Shown piece by piece: positions 25,954 to 40,101 of a stretch of DNA of 64,000 bases. Position numbers and translations under genes: made by a program. Numbering within the stretch: position 1 is the stretch's first letter; every line of letters starts with the position of its first letter. Source of the DNA: Adineta vaga (taxonomy: Eukaryota; Animalia; Rotifera). The notes under the pieces are model-generated. The model ran no database searches. It was given only the letters and a program-made list of their open reading frames with translations, and was not told the origin of the DNA. The stretch is from positions 11,408,001-11,472,000 of the forward strand of contig CP075495.1 in assembly GCA_021613535.1 (NCBI GenBank), read 5' to 3'.

Positions 25954-28900
25954 AATAACGGTGATTTTATTGAAGTAACTCCAACGGTGCTAACTTCTAC
26001 TGTAAACACAACTGTTCCGCCAAAAGATATCATTGAAGAAACTCCAATAACGTTCAAAGCTTCTGGTCGACAGCAGCAGAAAAAGAAAGAGGTGAAAAAA
26101 GCAAAATTAATAAAGAAATCTTCGATAAAAACTCGTCGACAAACGGAACAATCCTTATCCGAAGATACAACAGCAAAACTTGATGATCTTGCAAATGAAC
26201 TTGAAATTGCTTTATCACAACCTGCTAAACCCGAATCGATCTCACAGATCTCATCCTTTTTTAGTGATGATGATGATCATGAAGATACAACACGACAGTC
26301 AGATAAACAACAATTACCAGTACCCGTGTACAATCCGATCATTTCGCATTCATCAAAGATTCGTCCAAAAACAGATTCAACTATTACCATAATTCCGAAA
26401 TCATCACAACCAATTCGAAAAAGCATCTCATTTTTAAGTGATGATGACAACGAAGAAATTTCGCAACAAAAACGACCACCAATTTCATCGTTTGTTGAAC
26501 AACAACCAATTTTTACTCCTATACAAACAACTTCTTTGTTACAAGTTGATAGTATTACTCCAATGGAACATCAATCACCAGATAAAACAACCAAATACAC
26601 ATCGTTCCTTAGTGAAGATGATGACGATAATAAATCACTCTCATCTGTTTCTACTCCTATTATGACTGCACAATCAGTTGCATATCAAGAATATATCTCT
26701 CCAATGGAAATAAATGATTCGATTCCCAAAATTGACATTAACACGAATGATACACTGGAATCACCAACAATACCTGTTCTTTCACCCGGTGTTTCACAAC
26801 AACAACTTTTATCATTACCTACAACCGTTACATCCACAAATAGACAAAAAGAAGATTCGGTAGTGATAAAAGATCATCCTATGATATCAACCACTCCTGT
26901 TACTACAGTTAATCCAAATCATACTAAAATTGTTTTGCATCTATTAGATATTTTAACACAAGTACCACCACCATTAAAAAGACTACGATTGGTTCGCCAT
27001 CGTAATCGACAAGCAAAAATCTCTGAAGATAAATCTAATGATCAACATATGAACGTATCAGTTATTGCAACTACTGAGGTGCAACCAACAGATCAAATTA
27101 GTATCGCAGTTGATCGTAGATTCGAAATAGAAGCTCTCATATCACCGGAACCACAACCAAAAGCGATTGAAGAAGAAAATATTAAAACTGTTAATGAAAA
27201 ACAAGACGAACAAATTTCTCTACTGATGGAAAACCATCTAGAACCAATGCAAGAGAATTATTCCACACCAATAGAAGTCTCAGAACAAATGCAAGTGCAA
27301 GTAGAATTCACTAAAGAAGTGCAAACAGATTCTATTGTTACGTCAGTTGATTCATCACCCGTACCAACAGAAGAACCATTAGAATCGGTTGATAATCAAC
27401 AAAAAATAATCAATGAAACAGTGGAAATATGTATACCTATTTCACACGAAGAACAAGAACAGGAGCAGTCTATCGAGAAAAATATTGATGAAAGAAAACT
27501 TCATAAAATAAGCAGAAACAGTGTTAGAAATCAACGAAAACCTATTGAAGTAAATACGAACATACTGAACAAATCTTCGATAGTATCAACATCTCAGGAA
27601 TCTACAGTAAGCTGGATTTATAAGTATATTTATTTTTTTCTTACCTTTCCTTTTATAGCCGATTATTGAATCATTACAAATCAAACAACCATGTCCTCCA
27701 CGACCACCACCACCATCGGCTCCTGTTCCAGTCTCAAGTAACACTACACATTTGACCTCATATTTATGAAAATACTTTTTCTTTTGTTTTTAGAAACTCC
27801 TGTACAATCTTCATTGAAACCTTCTCAGATCTTTATTATTAATCGCCTTCTCAATGTTTTAACTAGTCTACCTGTGAAACCACTTACTTTTCCAACATCA
27901 TTTTCTTCACGAAAACGTAAGCGAAAAGCCGTTATTAACCAGACTCCTGTTACTCTTTCTCGTCAAACATCCAATCGAATAACTCATTCACCAACTCGAA
28001 TGCAAACTCGATCAATAAATTCTATTCGTGCATGCATTGCACGTTGTAATCAACCAGCACCTACAACTCGAAAGCGTACAGCAACTACGACACCAGTTTC
28101 AACACCATCACCATCACCATCACCATCAAAAGTTTCCAAACGAATGAAATCGATGAAAGTCGAACAAACTACCAATGAATATGATCTAATTCATAAATTT
28201 ATCAATTCATTCTCCAAACAAATTCATGATGAATTAAGTCAAATAATTGAACAAAAATTACATGAAGATATTTCATTGTTTAATGATCATATCTATCGAA
28301 TTGTTAGCGAATTGATGATTAACAAATGTGATATTATTCTTCCATTAGTCAAACAACTTCATCCATATGAAGAATCAATACAAGTATTGTTAATCTATAT
28401 CAATAGTAAATCATCAGTATTTCAACAACAATTCATTATTAAATTAAATCAAGCATTTGAATATGAAATGAAACAAAAACAAAAACAGATAGCTCATCAT
28501 CGAATGAAAGTTCTAAAGTAAGTCGAATGAATATTGCGATGATCAGTTAAGTTGTAATTGTCCATTCAGTCTTTTTTTGCATTAGTGTGAAAGTTTATAT
28601 CGTTTCAGATGGTTCTAGAAGTTTAAAATGAATATATACGCAGAGAGAAAAATCGAATAGATTTACGTCTGTTGATATAGAGTTATTTTTAGTCTATAGA
28701 CGCACAATAAAAGATAGATATTGAGTAAAACTAATGAGTACGAATTTGGACAAACTATTTTGTAAATGGTGAACAATACATGATCTCTTTCTATTTTTAG
28801 TCGATTATTCTTTCTCAGTTGCAAAATCTTTAAATTATCTTCATCTATCACCATTTATGCTCGATTATTTGATATCGGTTATTATTTGCCACTCGATATT

Positions 28901-29395
28901 TTGGTTGATGCTCTGTCATTTATTTCAAATACGTGTTCATCATTGATATCCATTGATTGTCAAACAAATTCATCGAATGTTTTACTTCATCAAATATTAT
29001 TTGATATTTTAGAAGGAAACAAAATTAATGTATCTTTAGATTATTTAGAAAATCTTTTGATCGCTTATCATCGATATACGCATGATCGTGAAGATTTACT
29101 ACGTTGTTTTGTCATCATATCTCGCTATCAAACATGCTTGTGGTGTACTAATGAATTATGTAGGAAATTTCTTTTTCCATTATTAACTCGAATCGATGAT
29201 CAATATCAACAACGTGAAACAATTTTAATGATTTTACAATATGTTTTATTTCTATATAAAGATAATGAAGATTTTCAACGTGATCTTATCTTTCATGAAC
29301 AAACGAAACAATTATTATCATCATTAAAGACAATAACTGATGTTGAATGTGTTGTACGAGATAAAATTTTTTCATTCTTCATACTTGTCAAATAA
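24139..29395 (+). CDS. ICE1: Little elongation complex subunit 1 (ICE1)-like, multi-exon
   Basis: Spliced N-terminal coiled coil LHKKIIATDLIVQKYQ...ENDDLKQQVEQI aligns with ICE1 LKQKIINTDNLLTEYQ...ENSNLHHQVEEM. Long low-complexity middle; helical C-terminal domain with RLF..C...ARLF and LWCTNELCRKFLFPLL similar to the ICE1 C-terminus. First exon (24139-24189, MMDINNGWFETVNYLSS) is tentative. Confidence 0.7.
25924..25953 (+). repeat. (GAT)10 repeat encoding poly-Asp in ICE1-like
   Basis: Directly visible. Confidence 0.9.
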
Positions 29396-29933
29396 ATAAA
29401 TAAATAACGACAGAGGATAGAACACAAGTACACAGAAATAATCCAAATCAATACGTGTAAAAAAATAAATAGAATAAGCGAAATGATCTAAAAAAAGAAT
29501 TATTATTTACTCTAATTTCTTGTACTCAAAATACATTTTGTGATGAATAACACTATTGTGATTTAAAAATAACTTTTAACATTTGCTGATGCCGTACATA
29601 AAAGAGAATGATTTTTATCAAAATTACTTGTCTTTCTCTCTCTCTCTCTCTCTCTTAAAAAAAAAGAGGTGTGTCGAATAGGGCTATAACCCGTTTCATT
29701 CGATTAGAAGCCAGCATATGTTTATGTTCTCATCATATTTTCTCTCCTTATCTAAAAAACTATTTATAAAAAGAAGCAATTTCTTCGAAGTGTACATAAA
29801 ATTATCCAAAGACTTGATGGTGAAAGTTTCTACAAAAACTCTTTGGAATATATTTCAGTCAACGACAAATCATTTTACATATCGTACATATAAACGTCAA
29901 CGTATTAAATTTAACATATCATAATCTTTAATA

Positions 29934-31698
<1,765 letters not shown>

Positions 31699-32134
31699 AT
31701 GGATACATAAGAGACTATCATGTTTTTCAATATATTTAATCTGTATATATGTTTGTTTTGTTCTTGAAGAATAAATTTCAAATTCATACACTATATTTAA
31801 TTACTTGTTTTAGGTTAAAAAGGAGTATTTTTAAAATAGAAGCAAATCTCGCGATTGTTAATATTCATTTCAAAGTTGATTTATCATGGAAGAACTATGT
31901 CGACTATAGAAATTAAATAAATTTTCGCAGATATATTTTCATCCGTTATTCTTTTTCTTTCTTTCTTTCTCTCTCTCGTCCGTCGGTCGTTAACTATTCG
32001 GAAAGAAACTGAACATTGCCTATAATCAGAATGCATTTAACCGTTTAACTATAGTTATATGTAGATAGTAGAATAGTCGTTTGTTTAGAATAACTCAACT
32101 CTTGTCATATGTTTTGTAGATTTTTTTCCATTTA

Positions 32135-32695
32135 ATGAATCCATTCGAAATACTCATTTCTGAAACTTCTGAAAATGGAATGTCAAGATCACAAAGTTTC
32201 GGTAAGTATTCGATTCAATAAAATATCTCTTTCATTGTTCTATATAGATCTTTCGAAATCTGTTTCTTCAATGCCTCAACAACAACATATTCAAATATCA
32301 AGTGCTATTGGATGTGATCCTTCTCGTTTAGCTAACTTTTTAGGATATCGTGAACCAATAAACAATAAATCTAGTCAAAAACTAGAGACAATCTATGAAA
32401 ATTTACCCAGTTCAAATCAAACTGTGAGATTGTCGTTTGTTTAAGCATAATCGATTTCGTTTATTTTATTTTCCATTCAGATGTCATCCAACTTCCAATG
32501 GGTAATTCTCATCTATTAATTCATTTAACTCTAGTCATATACATGAATTTCTTCATTGTAGAATCAGAATAGAGACCAACAACTATCCGACAATAGAATC
32601 ACATCGGTCCGTGGTTCAGTTAGTTCATGGAGTACGTTTTGTTTATTAGTATAAGATAACTATAATACTTATAATTTCTCTTCTTAGATCTGTAA
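32135..32695 (+). CDS. Small 5-exon orphan protein (~113 aa, probably disordered)
   Basis: Four ~50-60 nt GT-AG introns join in frame to MNPFEILISETSENGMSRSQSFDLSKS...IGCDPSRLANFLGYREP...ETIYENLP...MSSNFQW...RGSVSSWNL*. No family recognised. Confidence 0.6.
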
Positions 32696-33176
32696 TTTAT
32701 GTTTGTGTTAACTATATATTTGCTATTGTTATTAGAAGAACTATGTTATCTATAGATTTGAAATAAATTGATGAACATATGTTACTAAATATACGACTAC
32801 TCACACTCTAGCGACACCTATGATTAAAAATTCTTTATTTTTTTTATTTTTTAAACTATTAGGAAAAGCTTTGATACAGATTATTCAAGAAAAATCCTTC
32901 GATCGATCTACTATTGTGTATTTCTATGAGTTGAAAAAAAGCTGGAGACTTCATCAATTTGCTTATGGCTAGACGTGGCTATGTGGTGGGATATTTTCGC
33001 ATGCTCTCTCTCGTTTCTCTCTATTATTACTTTCGTGTTACTCTCACTGAAAAAAGGTTCTTTCTCGGTTAAGCTTACTACCATCCTCAACTTGAATTCA
33101 TTGAAATGATCATATAGAAGAACTTACCTATTGAAATATGATTTTAGATTTTATCTTCAAAGAAATATAGATACAA

Positions 33177-33909
33177 ATGTCTAATAAACGACCAGCAGCT
33201 CTAGATGAAGATTCACTTCTTCAAGATTTTAGCCGAAATGTTACAACAAAATCGTATGCTTTATTTTTCGGTAATGCTGCCGTTGTTTCAGCTATTCCAC
33301 TTTGTAAGTTATTCATAAACAAATAAATCATGCCTTGATTTTCTATATTAAATATTTCACTTCTTAGGGCTTTTCTGGCGTATTCATCAAATGGATATTA
33401 CATCTTATTTCATTCATTTCATTATTGGTACAGCAATAAGTACATATTTTCTTAATTCTGCTTATCAAAATATGAAATTTATCTTGAAACACAAGTAACT
33501 ATTCTTTTACATATCGAGTATTGTTCATGTATAAGAATATTTTCTCTTCTCATATTAGAATTGCCCAAAAACGTGAAGAAGCTGTCAATCGTGAAATAAC
33601 AAAATTATTTGCTAATGATAAATCTGCAAATAAAAAAGATAAAGATGATCGGTAGGTTCTTTCGTGTTCATTTAATTTTCTAAAATTTCTTTTTCTTCTG
33701 ATTTCAATAGAGTTTTACAACGTAAAAATGAAGTCGCAGACCTTGAAGCAACAACATTTTCAATCTTCTATAATAATGCATTCTATCTTGTTTGTCTTAT
33801 TGTTTTATCGTTTTTTGTTTTTAAAAATTTCTCTCCAACTGTTAATTATTTATTTTCAGTTGGTTTATCGACTGCCATTGTTTTTCTTTTTTCAACTGGA
33901 GAAAAATAA
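33177..33909 (+). CDS. SSR3: Translocon-associated protein gamma (TRAP-gamma), 4 exons
   Basis: [76 protein letters not shown]. Confidence 0.95.
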
Positions 33910-34595
33910 ATAGAAAACGAATCTATATATTTTAACGACATATATTCTGCTTATTGTTATTGTTGTTTATCATTTTACTTTCTTCATTCGAAATCAGTGT
34001 TATTTGTGCAATGATCTATCGTAGATAGTTAGTTGTTTTGTGTATCATCTGTTATTTATCATCATTAGTTAAAATATGGGGAAAAAAGAATAAAAATAAA
34101 ACAGTTACATCAACGATTACAGAATCTATATTTGATCAAAAATCGAAAACCTTCTCTTTCCGAAACTTGTCGCACATACGATCGAAGAAGAGTTGATCTG
34201 ATTATTTGTATTCATCCCAACAGTTGAACAGACTTGTTCTTGATTGAAACGTCAGACTTAGATCGATTCATTTCTACTAATCACAGACAATCATGATGAT
34301 TACATTTGTAGTGCATTTTTCTTTCGACAATTTTCGAGTACATATGATATATTTGATGTTAATTGAAAACGCATAGAGATAATATTTATTTAACTATATC
34401 GAGACGTCAAATATTTTCAAATGACATAACGATTCTGATAATTATGCCGACCTATTGTATATCTATCAATATTTGTAGACCCCAACTACTTCATACCAAA
34501 CATCTGCAATAGTTAAAAAGGAAGAGTAAAATAAAAGTAAGATACTATTATTTCTTAAAAGATTAAACGATCATCAAACACTGAATTCAATCAAT

Positions 34596-35068
34596 ATGAA
34601 ATTTATCAGCAATATATTATTGATCGGTCTAACTGTACTCGTATTTTTAATTAGTGGTAAGATGAAATAATGATAAGAAAAAATGTTTCTTTTTTCTGTT
34701 TTATTCTAAAAAGAGAATAATGCTGCTTCATCATGTTACACATGTAATGATTGTGGTACAACATGGGATTCATGAAAAGCTAGCATCTCTTCAACATCAG
34801 GTGCAAATGATTATTGTCGCGTAAATATAAAATCATTTTATAAAATCATAAAAATAGCATCTTCGATTTTGTTCTATAGAAAACCGTGACAGGACCTATT
34901 GTGAAAAAAGATTTTTCATCAAGTTGTACACCTGCAAATCTTCTTGGTAATGGTGTTTTCTGTTGTCAATCAGATTTATGCAATTCAGCAAATAAACCAC
35001 CAATAACAAAACTAAGTCTTGGAATGGCAACTATTCTTATCTGGACAATATATCATTATATATTTTAA
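34596..35068 (+). pseudogene. Ly6/uPAR three-finger (quiver-like) gene copy with in-frame TGA
   Basis: Signal peptide, SCYTCNDC...YCRK...SSSC...FCCQSDLCN and hydrophobic GPI-like tail over 3 exons. Exon 2 has TGA at 34773-34775 (TWDS*KAS). Confidence 0.7.
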
Positions 35069-35624
35069 AGTTTAATCAACATATTGTAATGAACAAAAAT
35101 AATGAATATATATACACGCATCAAATAAAAAATGTTGTGAAGAATTATTTTTCACTGAGCATCGAATTTCTCAAAACAAGGAGATGAAATTCATTGATTC
35201 TTATCTATAAACTTTGCTAACAGAAGAGAAAGACTGATCTGTCTAAAAACTTTGTTGATGTGTTTTATTTTGTATAGAATACAAGACAATCATACTTTTC
35301 ATGTTATATTGAATCAATTTCTTGATAAGTTTCTTTTTCTTATTGCAAAAGTAGGATATTTAAACAGATTCTTATTTAATGAGTTCAAATGGGTGAGGAA
35401 AAAAAATGCGTCGTTTCTTTTTTTTGTTTGCTAGTTTTAAATCTTTATGAGAAGTAACGTTCGGCAAAAAGAATTTGTTCAAATTAAAAGAAAATCAAGG
35501 AGAAAACACGTCTTTCATTTGTAGCTAAGAAACAACACTATTTTTTGTTTTGTTTTAAATTCAAAAAGTATAAAATGTAATTGTCATTTGCATCTTGCCT
35601 TATTACTCTTGAACTATACTTATT

Positions 35625-36137
35625 ATGAACGTCGTTATGATTCTTTCCTTATTTATAACTAGTAAGATTTTTCTGTAATAATAAAAGATGATGAGTAGAT
35701 GTATTCTTATAGTTTTACTGCCCATATCTATTCACGGACTACAATGTTATTCTTGTAGCATGTGTAGTGTACCATTCAATACCAATAATGCAACTATTAC
35801 TGTGAACAACGCTAGTGGTGCATCTTGTTATGTAAATTTGATTTGAAAGCAAACTATAGATCTTTCATATTTGTAAATAATCTGTTTAGAAGACTGTTTT
35901 AGCATCTTATGCCACCAAAGGAGCGACGACTAGCTGTGTTGCAGCAAACACAAATGGACTTGGCACATGGTGTTGTAAGTTTCATAGTAGAGAGTACGAT
36001 GGATTTTTGTCGAATAAATTTTCTTATTTTTAGGTAATACAGATCTTTGTAATGCAGGACAAACCGTTGCATCGATGGATAAGAAAAAAATCATGGCAAT
36101 CTTTGTACTTGCTATTGGAATAATGAAAATGTTTTGA
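35625..36137 (+). CDS. Ly6/uPAR three-finger (quiver-like) GPI-anchored protein, 4 exons
   Basis: Spliced MNVVMILSLFITILLPISIHGLQCYSCSMCSVPF...SCYK...TSC...WCCNTDLCN plus hydrophobic C-terminus. Not in the ORF track. Confidence 0.85.
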
Positions 36138-36688
36138 TTGCCGAAAATATAAGAAACTTTCTTAAAAGCTTTAAAGGATATTTTCAACATTTTTTTCTGC
36201 TTTTCGCTTTTTAATAACCTACCTAAATGTTGTAATGATTTACTCAATAAACAAGAGTGTATGTCTGATTTATATTTCAATGAGATTGCATAGTCTCTTT
36301 AAAGTCGTTTGTAAAAAGTATACATATGATTAAATAGTTTGTTATTCACCACATCATTCAAAATAATTGAAAAACCGTTTCTCTTGAAAAACAATACTAA
36401 TTATAATTGAACATTCTATTTTCTACTTCGCTCATCAATGAATAAGCCGGAAATGTCATTATTTATATAAAACAATAGAAACTATTTCGACTTGAGAAAG
36501 ATGAAGATATTGCATCAATGATATTGAATCCTTATTAAATTTATCACATAGGTCAGCAAAGAAATCATGTAGATATATATTTAATTATATTCAAATAGAA
36601 ATCTTTCGAAATTTTTTGTTTATTTCGAATAAAACGGAAGCTGTTAATAATTATCAAAATAGAAAAAAAAACAAAACAAAAGATGAAT

Positions 36689-37184
36689 TTACATATTTCG
36701 TTTTTCACAAGTTTTCTGCATTATTGTTTCTTGATTTTTCAATCCATGATATAATGTAAGTAAATATGTAAAGACACATTTTTTATCTAACTGACCATGA
36801 ATAAGATCATTACTATCAAGTAAAGGATACACTTCAGCTTTTTCTCTGAAATGAAATCAATAAAAAAACGAAAAAAAACATATCAATCCTTGTCTTACTC
36901 AGCAATTCGAAATGCTAAATCAAAATTCATTTGTTTATTATCACTATTTAATGTATTGAAATCGAATGCATCTGGAAAATAATGATGAATTATTGCACAA
37001 AAAGCAAGACCATCAGCAAAATCACTTGTAAAATTTCGTATTTTAACTGACTAAATATACATTTGATTTTAGATAAATGAAAAAATAGTTTTCACATTAC
37101 TTCATAATTTCGTGTGATATTTTGACACCATTTTAAAAGACGTTCTTGTGCTTCTCGATACGATGGACGTAAATTAGATGTCAT
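36689..37184 (-). CDS. Stand-alone calponin-homology domain protein (smoothelin/MICAL-type CH), 3 exons
   Basis: LLKWCQNITRNYE|SVKIRNFTSDFADGLAFCAIIHHYFPDAFDF...NFDLAFRIAE|EKAEVYPLLD...DKKCVFTYLLTLY; ~125 aa. Not in the ORF track. Confidence 0.88.
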
Positions 37185-38015
37185 CTAAAATATTCTACAA
37201 TGCATAGAATGAACTATAACATTCTATGAATACGCAATTGAGTCTCTCCACAAGACTAATCGTATATATAGATGTATATATACGGTTGAATTGAAAAAAA
37301 ACGAGAAAAAGAACAAAATAATTACATAGTATTGATCAATAATAAAAATAAAAGAGAACCTATAAAGAAAAGAAATTGAACTCATTCTTCTACCATGACT
37401 AAACGAATAACTAAAGTCTAAAGAATACATATGCATGTATATATATATATATACAACCTAATGATTCATTGTTTTTCTATAAATTCGATCTCGCGTCATT
37501 ACGTATCGGATAGGCGCATATGTTATTTTGTTTTGGTATGATATAATTATGTGAGAATATTTTTCCTTCTATTATTCTCTATAAATTCTTACATCATTGA
37601 CATAATTTACGAAAGACAACAAACCTTATGATTATTCATATAAAAAATATCTAGAGAGATATGATTTTGAAAAATTGAAGTAACATATGTTGTAGAGAGA
37701 GAGAAGAAGAAGAAGAAGAGAAAGAGATCTGTATTTTTGTTCACTATTGATAATCTTTATGTAAATGTAATTTATTTCGATTGTTCAACGAACGAGTAGG
37801 AAAAAAAATGTATGAGGATACCATTATCATCATTATAACATAGCTACTTTTTTTTTGCTTGTCGTTCATTTGTATATGTATGCATATTGACGTAAGTAAA
37901 CAGAATAGCTCAGACTATATAATCAATTTCCGGTCGCGTCGAAGGTGTATTGAATAAGACATAAGTCTCTAATCTTCATGACAAGCAAGACAATCAATCG
38001 TTATTTGATTTATAG

Positions 38016-38064
38016 ACACACATACATGTATACGTACGTACATATATATATGTATATATATATG
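38016..38064. repeat. 49-nt perfect alternating purine-pyrimidine tract
   Basis: acacacatacatgtatacgtacgtacatatatatatgtatatatatatg, between the divergent CH-domain and SET genes. Confidence 0.8.
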
Positions 38065-38651
38065 ATCGGATGTCAATAGACAAGAAGATCTATGTTATGC
38101 ATGTCCTTATGAGATAACAAAGGTGATTATATGATGAAAGAGATTTGTCTTTCAGAAATATAATTGTATTAAACAGTATAACAGTAACCTTCACGAAGAA
38201 GATTGAAAAGAGAGGTATACAATTCTAAATAATACAGATTAACAATAATTGAAAAATTAAGAAGGACGACTTTTTGAAGAGCCAGGACGATCTTTTAAAC
38301 ATTGAATACTCATAGTGATGATAAATGATAAGATAGGCAGTCAGAAGATTTATAGACAATAGTTCAATATCAAAAATAAAGTTAAAGTTTTGCATCTTGA
38401 CAAATTTTTCTCTGGTTGAAATACATTCAAGCTATAAAAGCAACATTTTCGTCTGATGTCGCTACATACACATTCGAAACGTACTATTGGAAACTACCAT
38501 TATGCATCGACATTTTCTATTGGTCAATCCATTACATAACAGATATAAAAGAGACAGTGTCTTTTGTTTTTCGACATCATCTTAAAACGTTTGTTCATAA
38601 CTGTTATATTTTTCTATTAGAAATAAAAAAAAACGATTTCTTATCAATAAA

Positions 38652-39792
38652 ATGTCAGGACCTAGTTCAAAACAAACCAAACTTGATGGTAAGAATTATT
38701 GTAATGATTCATTTTTTAAATATGAATGAAATTCTTCTCTTCGTTTATAGAAGTTGAAATGCAAAAAGCATTTGAAGTCATTGGTGATGTTCAGAATGAA
38801 ATCGATCGTCTCAATGAACAAGCAAGTGAAGAAATTCTTCAAGTAGAACAAAAATATAACAAACTTCGACAACCAAATTATAAAAAACGTTTGTTATTTC
38901 GAAATAATTTCAACAAAGAACCATTCTGTTTGTTTTTCTATGTAGGTTCGGATTTAATTAGCAAAATTCCATCATTTTGGATTAGTGTATTTCTCAATCA
39001 TCCTCAATTATCAGGTTGTTTAGATCAAAATGATGAAAATATTTTACAATATCTCAAACGTGTTGATGTCGAAGAGGTAAATCATTTTGCTATCCAAGAG
39101 AAAAACAACTCTCCTTTTTGCTTTTAGCATGAAGACATCAAATCAGGTTATCGTATTAAATTTGTAAGTTTTTCTTAGAAAGTTTTCTTTTTAATCTCAT
39201 TTTCTTTTAAGACATTCGATACTAATCCATATTTTGAAAACGATTTAATCGTTAAAGAATATAGTGTCTCCGAATCAAGTGAAACACAATGTAAAGCAAC
39301 ACCCATTCGATGGAAAAATGTATGTTTTATGTTTTACAAAGAAAAACGAAACATTAGAGTGTGCGTATATATATAGGGAGCAAAAAATGGTCAATCAGGA
39401 AGTAGTCGAAAAACTGATGGAGATAATTCAACATCAATGTCACGTAAACGTTCTCATGATCACGAAAATGAGAATGAACATGGTGCATTTATGGGCTGGT
39501 TTGCCGATACAGCTGGTGAATCAGGCAATGATGAATTCGGTGAAGTTATTAAAGATGACATATTTGTTAATCCTCTTCAATACTATTTGGTAAGAAGAAA
39601 AAAAACAATAGAAATTTTTTATGAACGGAAATATTTCATCTGTTTTTATAGGCTGCAACAACCAATGATGAAGAAGAAGGTAGTGGTGGTGAGAATGAAG
39701 AAGAAGAAGATGCTGAAGTAAGTTTTTGATATATCAAGACAAATTTGAAGATAATTTATTATTCATAGGCAAATGAAGATGATAAAGAATAA
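38652..39792 (+). CDS. SET: SET/TAF-I (NAP-family histone chaperone), multi-exon
   Basis: [80 protein letters not shown] and acidic tail. Confidence 0.95.
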
Positions 39793-40101
39793 AGAAACAA
39801 TTTAATCACTAAAATTCTTACAAACGTTTGTAGATTATGACAACTAACATTTCTTTTCTCTTTCTTCTCTGCTACGACAAAATCATTCATATATGTATGT
39901 ATTCGAGATATTCAAACTATCAATCCGGTTGTGTTTATATCGATATGATTCATTCTGTTCAATTAATCCTGTCATGTATTATTTTTTTTCTTACTATTGT
40001 CTGTCATGTCTTGTATGGAGAATAAATAAAAATTTTCTCTTTAAAAAAAATTTAATAAAAGAATAATTCATCAATAACATCAACTTTATAGACAAGAAAA
40101 A

